Virus record (IMG/VR): IMGVR_UViG_3300032272_000054
Location: 1 to 27,881 of that record
Origin: a virus
Taxonomy: Duplodnaviria; Caudoviricetes
DNA: 27,881 nucleotides
Strand: one strand, 5' to 3'
The notes beneath the pieces are model-generated. The model made no database searches and had not been told where the DNA came from. It saw only the letters and a program-made list of their open reading frames with translations. The position numbers were made by a program, and so were the translations under genes. This document shows positions 23,869 through 27,881 of the stretch, piece after piece; the first letter of the stretch is position 1, and each line of letters begins with the position of its first letter.

Positions 23869-25290
23869 ATGTTGCATTTCAACATCTTGGCATCCTTTGC
23901 CAATGACAATGATGCTCTCATCCCCGAACTTTGGGCGCGAGAGTCCATTGCTGTTCTCGAAGAGAACATGGTGATGGGTGGTTTGGTTCATCGAGATTTT
24001 TCGATGGACGTAGCTAACTTTGGTGACGTTGTTAACACGCGCAAGCCTGTTGATGGCACGGTTGATCGTAAGACGGATTCGGATACGATTTCGTATGAGG
24101 ATGCTACTCTGACGAATGTACAGGTTCCTTTGAACCAGCACATGTACGTAGCATTTGTAATCAAGGACGGCGAAGGATCGAAGTCTCTCCAAGATCTTAT
24201 CCAGGTTCATTTGGTTTCCCGAATGAAAGCCCTGGGTAACGGTGTCGACCGAGCTATCGTTGGCCGTATGGCTCACGAACTCATCGACAGTCCCAGTGAT
24301 CGTGTTGGTCTCCTTCGTGGACTTACCAGCTCGAACGCTTATGACACGGTCTTGGAAGCCCGTGAAAAGCTTAATCGTAGCTTGGCATGGATGAGTGGTC
24401 GTAACCTCGTTCTCGCCCCAGGTTCGGAAACTGCCATGTTGCAGACTGAACTTTTCGTTCGTGCAAACGAGCGTGGTGATAGTGGTATCGCCCTTGAGGA
24501 AGCCCGTTTGGGTCGAATCGCTGGCTTTGACACTTTCATGGATCAGAATGTCAATGGCGTTTTGGCTAATAGTGATCGCGACCGAACCGAAAGTGTCACG
24601 AGTGCTGCTATTGCTGCTGGTGCTACGGGTACTCAGACGGCTATCGACTTCACTGGTTACGTTGTAACTGTTGGTGAATTCGTTATTCTCGAAGAGAATG
24701 GACAGCCCACGTGGGCTACGGCTGAAACAAATGGTGCTGGTGACACGACTGCTGTCACGCTAAACGAAGCTACCAAGTATGATGTCACCAGTGGTGGTGC
24801 TATCACTGCTTATGGTACTGCTGCTGCTAACGGTACGTATGCCGCTGGATACAGCAAGTATCTCAACATTGATACCTACACTGCCGACAAGCACCCGGTT
24901 GTTGGTCAGTTGATTGCGTTCGGTACGACTCCAGGTACTCGTCACACGTACTCGATCATCGAGACTCGTGCGGTAGGTTCCACGGAAGTTCAAGTTCTCT
25001 TGGACCGCCCTCTGGACGCACTTGTCACTATTAATGACCCGGCATTCCCCGGTCCTGCTGGTGACTTCAATGTTGCGTTCCACCGCAACGCTTTCGCTCT
25101 GGTAACTCGCCCTCTGGCTCGCCCAGACAGTTCGATGGGTGCTCGCAGCTTTGTTGCAGCACACAACGACATTGCAATGCGTGCTACCATGCAGTATGAC
25201 ATCGACGCCCAAGGCACGAAAGTCGTTATCGACTTGCTTGCTGGTACGGCTGTCTTGGATTCAAATCTCGCAACTCTGTTGCTCGGTTAA
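23869..25290 (+). CDS. Major capsid protein, P22 coat-like HK97 fold with a large insertion
   Basis: LIPELWARE...VHRDF...GDVVNTRKP; GRIAGFDTFMDQNV; NVAFHRNAFALVTRPL; DLLAGTAVLD; start at ATG 23869 behind GGGAG. Confidence 0.92.
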   Translation: MLHFNILASFANDNDALIPELWARESIAVLEENMVMGGLVHRDFSMDVANFGDVVNTRKPVDGTVDRKTDSDTISYEDATLTNVQVPLNQHMYVAFVIKDGEGSKSLQDLIQVHLVSRMKALGNGVDRAIVGRMAHELIDSPSDRVGLLRGLTSSNAYDTVLEAREKLNRSLAWMSGRNLVLAPGSETAMLQTELFVRANERGDSGIALEEARLGRIAGFDTFMDQNVNGVLANSDRDRTESVTSAAIAAGATGTQTAIDFTGYVVTVGEFVILEENGQPTWATAETNGAGDTTAVTLNEATKYDVTSGGAITAYGTAAANGTYAAGYSKYLNIDTYTADKHPVVGQLIAFGTTPGTRHTYSIIETRAVGSTEVQVLLDRPLDALVTINDPAFPGPAGDFNVAFHRNAFALVTRPLARPDSSMGARSFVAAHNDIAMRATMQYDIDAQGTKVVIDLLAGTAVLDSNLATLLLG

Positions 25291-25296
25291 TCCAAA

Positions 25297-25363
25297 GAAG
25301 CCCCTTCTCCGGGAGGGGCTTCCCTTATTATCTAGAGATAGGTAATAGGGGAGGCTCTTTTTT
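25297..25363 (+). terminator. Hairpin(s) plus U tract after the capsid gene
   Basis: GAAGCCCCTTC...GGAGGGGCTTC stem at 25297-25322, a second imperfect stem, then CTCTTTTTT. Confidence 0.65.
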
Positions 25364-25385
25364 AATTACACAAGGAGAAAGTTCG

Positions 25386-25652
25386 GTGTCAGAATGTAAC
25401 AAAAAACCTGACCCAACTACTTTTGATCTTCACATGGAACAGGCGCGACAAGGTACCATTCTAAACGGTGTTCGCGATGACGTTAGAGAAATTAAGGAAG
25501 TTTTGTTGGGCCAAGATAAAAGGGGTGGACTTGTCATGGACGTAGACAGGTTAAAAGGTCACCGTAAATTATCACATGCAATAAGTTGGTTTTTCTTCAC
25601 ATCTTTTGCAGCATCAATTATAGGTGCAGTAGTCGTCTACTTCACTAAGTGA
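25386..25652 (+). CDS. Small coiled-coil protein with one C-terminal TM helix
   Basis: AAGGAG RBS with GTG start; ISWFFFTSFAASIIGAVVVYF. Confidence 0.7.
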   Translation: MSECNKKPDPTTFDLHMEQARQGTILNGVRDDVREIKEVLLGQDKRGGLVMDVDRLKGHRKLSHAISWFFFTSFAASIIGAVVVYFTK

Positions 25653-25660
25653 GGAGCACA

Positions 25661-26161
25661 ATGGCAGGTGAATACCTAACGAAGCGAGTTAGAACTATCA
25701 TATATAAATTGAAGCGTCTATATGGTAGTGCAATCGACCTTTATCAGCAAGGTACTAAGACGACAAATACTCGGACGGGGGTAATCACCTGGGTCAATAG
25801 GGGAGTGATTGACCTAAAACGAGTCATCATTTTACCTGTTAAATTAGACAGGACACAGACTCAAACCATCTCAATGATTTCCTCCAACAAGGCGTTTGTT
25901 TATGGGGGAACTTACGACCGGGGGTCTAGGTGGTTCTATATTGATCCACAAGATTTACCTGTTGGGTATGTCATTAAGAATGATGATTGGATCGTATATC
26001 AAGGAAAGAAGTACGAGATCAAACAAGTTAAAGATAATGAATTCGATACATTGTGGGAAGTCCTCGGTACTGAACTGATTGGCGTCGTTCCAGAACAGAT
26101 TCATAATCTCAGTGGTTATGATATTATGGACTTTCAACAAACTGCATCAGGAGTATTGTAA
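25661..26161 (+). CDS. Head closure/stopper protein
   Basis: GAGGAG RBS; DWIVYQGKKYEIKQV beta-barrel motif; position after the capsid gene. Confidence 0.7.
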   Translation: MAGEYLTKRVRTIIYKLKRLYGSAIDLYQQGTKTTNTRTGVITWVNRGVIDLKRVIILPVKLDRTQTQTISMISSNKAFVYGGTYDRGSRWFYIDPQDLPVGYVIKNDDWIVYQGKKYEIKQVKDNEFDTLWEVLGTELIGVVPEQIHNLSGYDIMDFQQTASGVL

Positions 26162-26652
26162 TGGCTTATGATCTGAATTGGCCCAGATGGGTCCAGGCGT
26201 CTGTTGCAGATCACTTCAAAGTCCTTGCAGTTGCCCAAGGTTATGCAACCTTAATAGAAGGGATTGATGAACGAACAACTGCGTTCATGGAGTCCACAGA
26301 CAGGATTGAAATCCGTGTCAACGGTCCATCTATAGCTGAATGGAGTAACAATTATTATCACTTCGAAGTAAGTGCTAATATTCTGATCTTCTCACATATG
26401 GGTGGGAGTTTACCCAATGCCTATGATGGCACAACGATGACGGGACATATGGCACGTGCTGCTAGTCTCCCAATCTCTGTGTTCAAGTATGGTACTGGGG
26501 TTGATGATGACCAATCTTTGATTGGGTGTTTGAATCTCAAAAGGGGTTCAAAAGAAAGCGTTAAGGTGTTCCACTTCGGAGAGATCAATAAAGAAGATCG
26601 CCTCAGACAATTTGGAGTGGATGTTAGTCTTGAAATGGACATTTGCCCCTAA
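26161..26652 (+). CDS. Tail terminator/completion protein
   Basis: TAATG coupling; size and position before the tail tube gene. Confidence 0.6.
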   Translation: MAYDLNWPRWVQASVADHFKVLAVAQGYATLIEGIDERTTAFMESTDRIEIRVNGPSIAEWSNNYYHFEVSANILIFSHMGGSLPNAYDGTTMTGHMARAASLPISVFKYGTGVDDDQSLIGCLNLKRGSKESVKVFHFGEINKEDRLRQFGVDVSLEMDICP

Positions 26653-26671
26653 ATAGGGAGAGGTTATAATA

Positions 26672-27415
26672 ATGGCACGGATAGAACTTCGTGATGCGAC
26701 CATCCGAATCAAAGACGGGTTGAGTGGAACTGGGACAATTAATGAACCCTCCACTGCTCCCGTTCCTACGGATACTACTTTTGATATTGACGGACTCGAT
26801 TTGAACACGACTGTGACGACTGCCGTTCCAGTCGGTGCTCGATTTACTGTAGCTGGTGAGACGGACACTACACAAGTGCATACAGTTACTGCACGTACTC
26901 CAACTTCAATTGCTACTACGACTAACATTGTATTCACTCCAGCACTCGGTCTTGGAACGTATGCCGATGGTGGAGTTGTTACTTTCATCGCTCAACAGAT
27001 CGAAGTGAAGGTTGGTGATGGTAATCTAACTTGGACGATTAACAAGGAATACGAATACCTTTTGGATCGTGGTAACCTTGATACTGTTCGAGAAGGTGAT
27101 CAACAGCCACTGGACGTTACACTCGATAGTGTTTACGAACAGATCACGACTGGGACAAGTGAAACGATTTCTCCTTACGACGCCATGAATGGTGTTGGTG
27201 GGGCATCTGAATGGGTCTCAGCTTCAACTGACGCTTGTGAACCCTACGCTGTTGACTTGGAGATTGATCACGCTCAACCTTGTGGAACTGCACAGGACGA
27301 GTTGACGGTACTTCCCGACTTCCGATATGATACATTGGAAGTTGATATTGATGCAGCTACGATCTCGTTTACTGGTCGTTGCAATGTTACGGCACCCACG
27401 GTAACTCGATCCTAA
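26672..27415 (+). CDS. Major tail tube protein, copy 1, with an inserted beta domain
   Basis: Thr/Asp-rich beta protein after the terminator protein; C-terminal ATISFTGRCN; GAGAGG RBS. Confidence 0.75.
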   Translation: MARIELRDATIRIKDGLSGTGTINEPSTAPVPTDTTFDIDGLDLNTTVTTAVPVGARFTVAGETDTTQVHTVTARTPTSIATTTNIVFTPALGLGTYADGGVVTFIAQQIEVKVGDGNLTWTINKEYEYLLDRGNLDTVREGDQQPLDVTLDSVYEQITTGTSETISPYDAMNGVGGASEWVSASTDACEPYAVDLEIDHAQPCGTAQDELTVLPDFRYDTLEVDIDAATISFTGRCNVTAPTVTRS

Positions 27416-27433
27416 TCCTTGAGGTAATTTAAA

Positions 27434-27881
27434 ATGGCACGAATTGAACTTCGTGATGCGACCATCCGAATTAAGGATGGACTTTCTGGCACAATGTTGG
27501 CCGCTGAGTTGCCCGTTGCGGCGGATACAGAAATCAACATCGACAATATCTCTCTGAATACGACTGACACTGATTTGCTACCTGTAGGTGCCCGATTTAC
27601 AATGGCGGCTGAGGCGTTGGTTAGCGGTGTGGCGACGGTTCATACTGTAACTGCACGTACACCGACTGGATCTAGTCCAACTACGAACATGGTGTTTACA
27701 CCAGCTCTTGGGGCAGCAGATACATCATATGCTGATAATGACCCCTTTGTTGTTATCGCTCAACAGATCGAAGTGAAGGTTGGTGATGGTAATCTAACTT
27801 GGACGATTAACAAGGAATACGAATACCTTTTGGATCGTGGTAACCTTGATACTGTTCGAGAAGGTGATCAACAGCCACTGG
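27434..27881 (+). CDS. Major tail tube protein, copy 2 (truncated by the window end)
   Basis: Hand-translated MARIELRDATIRIKDGLSGTMLAAELPVAADTEINID...PVGARFTM...FTPALG...IAQQIEVKVGDGNLTW; GAGGT RBS; absent from the ORF track. Confidence 0.85.
   Translation, partial: MARIELRDATIRIKDGLSGTMLAAELPVAADTEINIDNISLNTTDTDLLPVGARFTMAAEALVSGVATVHTVTARTPTGSSPTTNMVFTPALGAADTSYADNDPFVVIAQQIEVKVGDGNLTWTINKEYEYLLDRGNLDTVREGDQQPL
27755..27881 (+). repeat. 127-bp exact copy of 26987-27113
   Basis: Base-by-base identity up to the last base of the window. Confidence 0.95.

Noticed and set aside
26987-27881. DGR template/variable repeat pair, or a circular-genome terminal repeat
   Set aside because: The copies are identical with no adenine-specific changes, there is no reverse transcriptase, and the match is internal rather than to the window start.

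Overview
A 27.9 kb segment of a tailed dsDNA phage (Caudoviricetes) genome. No host genes, integrase or CRISPR array are visible. It has four parts. (i) 1-811: a short rightward operon of tiny ORFs behind a 38-bp perfect palindrome. (ii) ~785-1780: a mostly non-coding region with direct and inverted repeats, an AT-rich core and a 9-nt-periodic tract, probably an origin or packaging region. (iii) 1781-10225: a leftward early block of small proteins (wHTH, DEDDh exonuclease, dCMP-deaminase-like, FlbD-like), a tRNA-Asn and sigma70-type promoters that all have 16-bp spacers. (iv) 10411-27881: a rightward late block with a probable TerS, then a cassette of holin-like protein, secreted protein, Tat-signal papain-like (C1) cysteine protease, secreted WCGPC thioredoxin and an amphipathic-helix protein. 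GpA-type TerL, head accessory proteins, portal, head-tail adaptor, scaffold, P22-coat-like major capsid protein, head/tail completion proteins and two tandem tail-tube paralogs follow. The most notable observations are a putative endolysin-free protease plus thiol-reductase lysis cassette (a Planctomycetota-like host is only an inference), a shared cleavable-looking LASF propeptide on scaffold and capsid, and duplicated tail-tube genes with variable insert domains. Family calls come from motif recognition by eye, not database searches.
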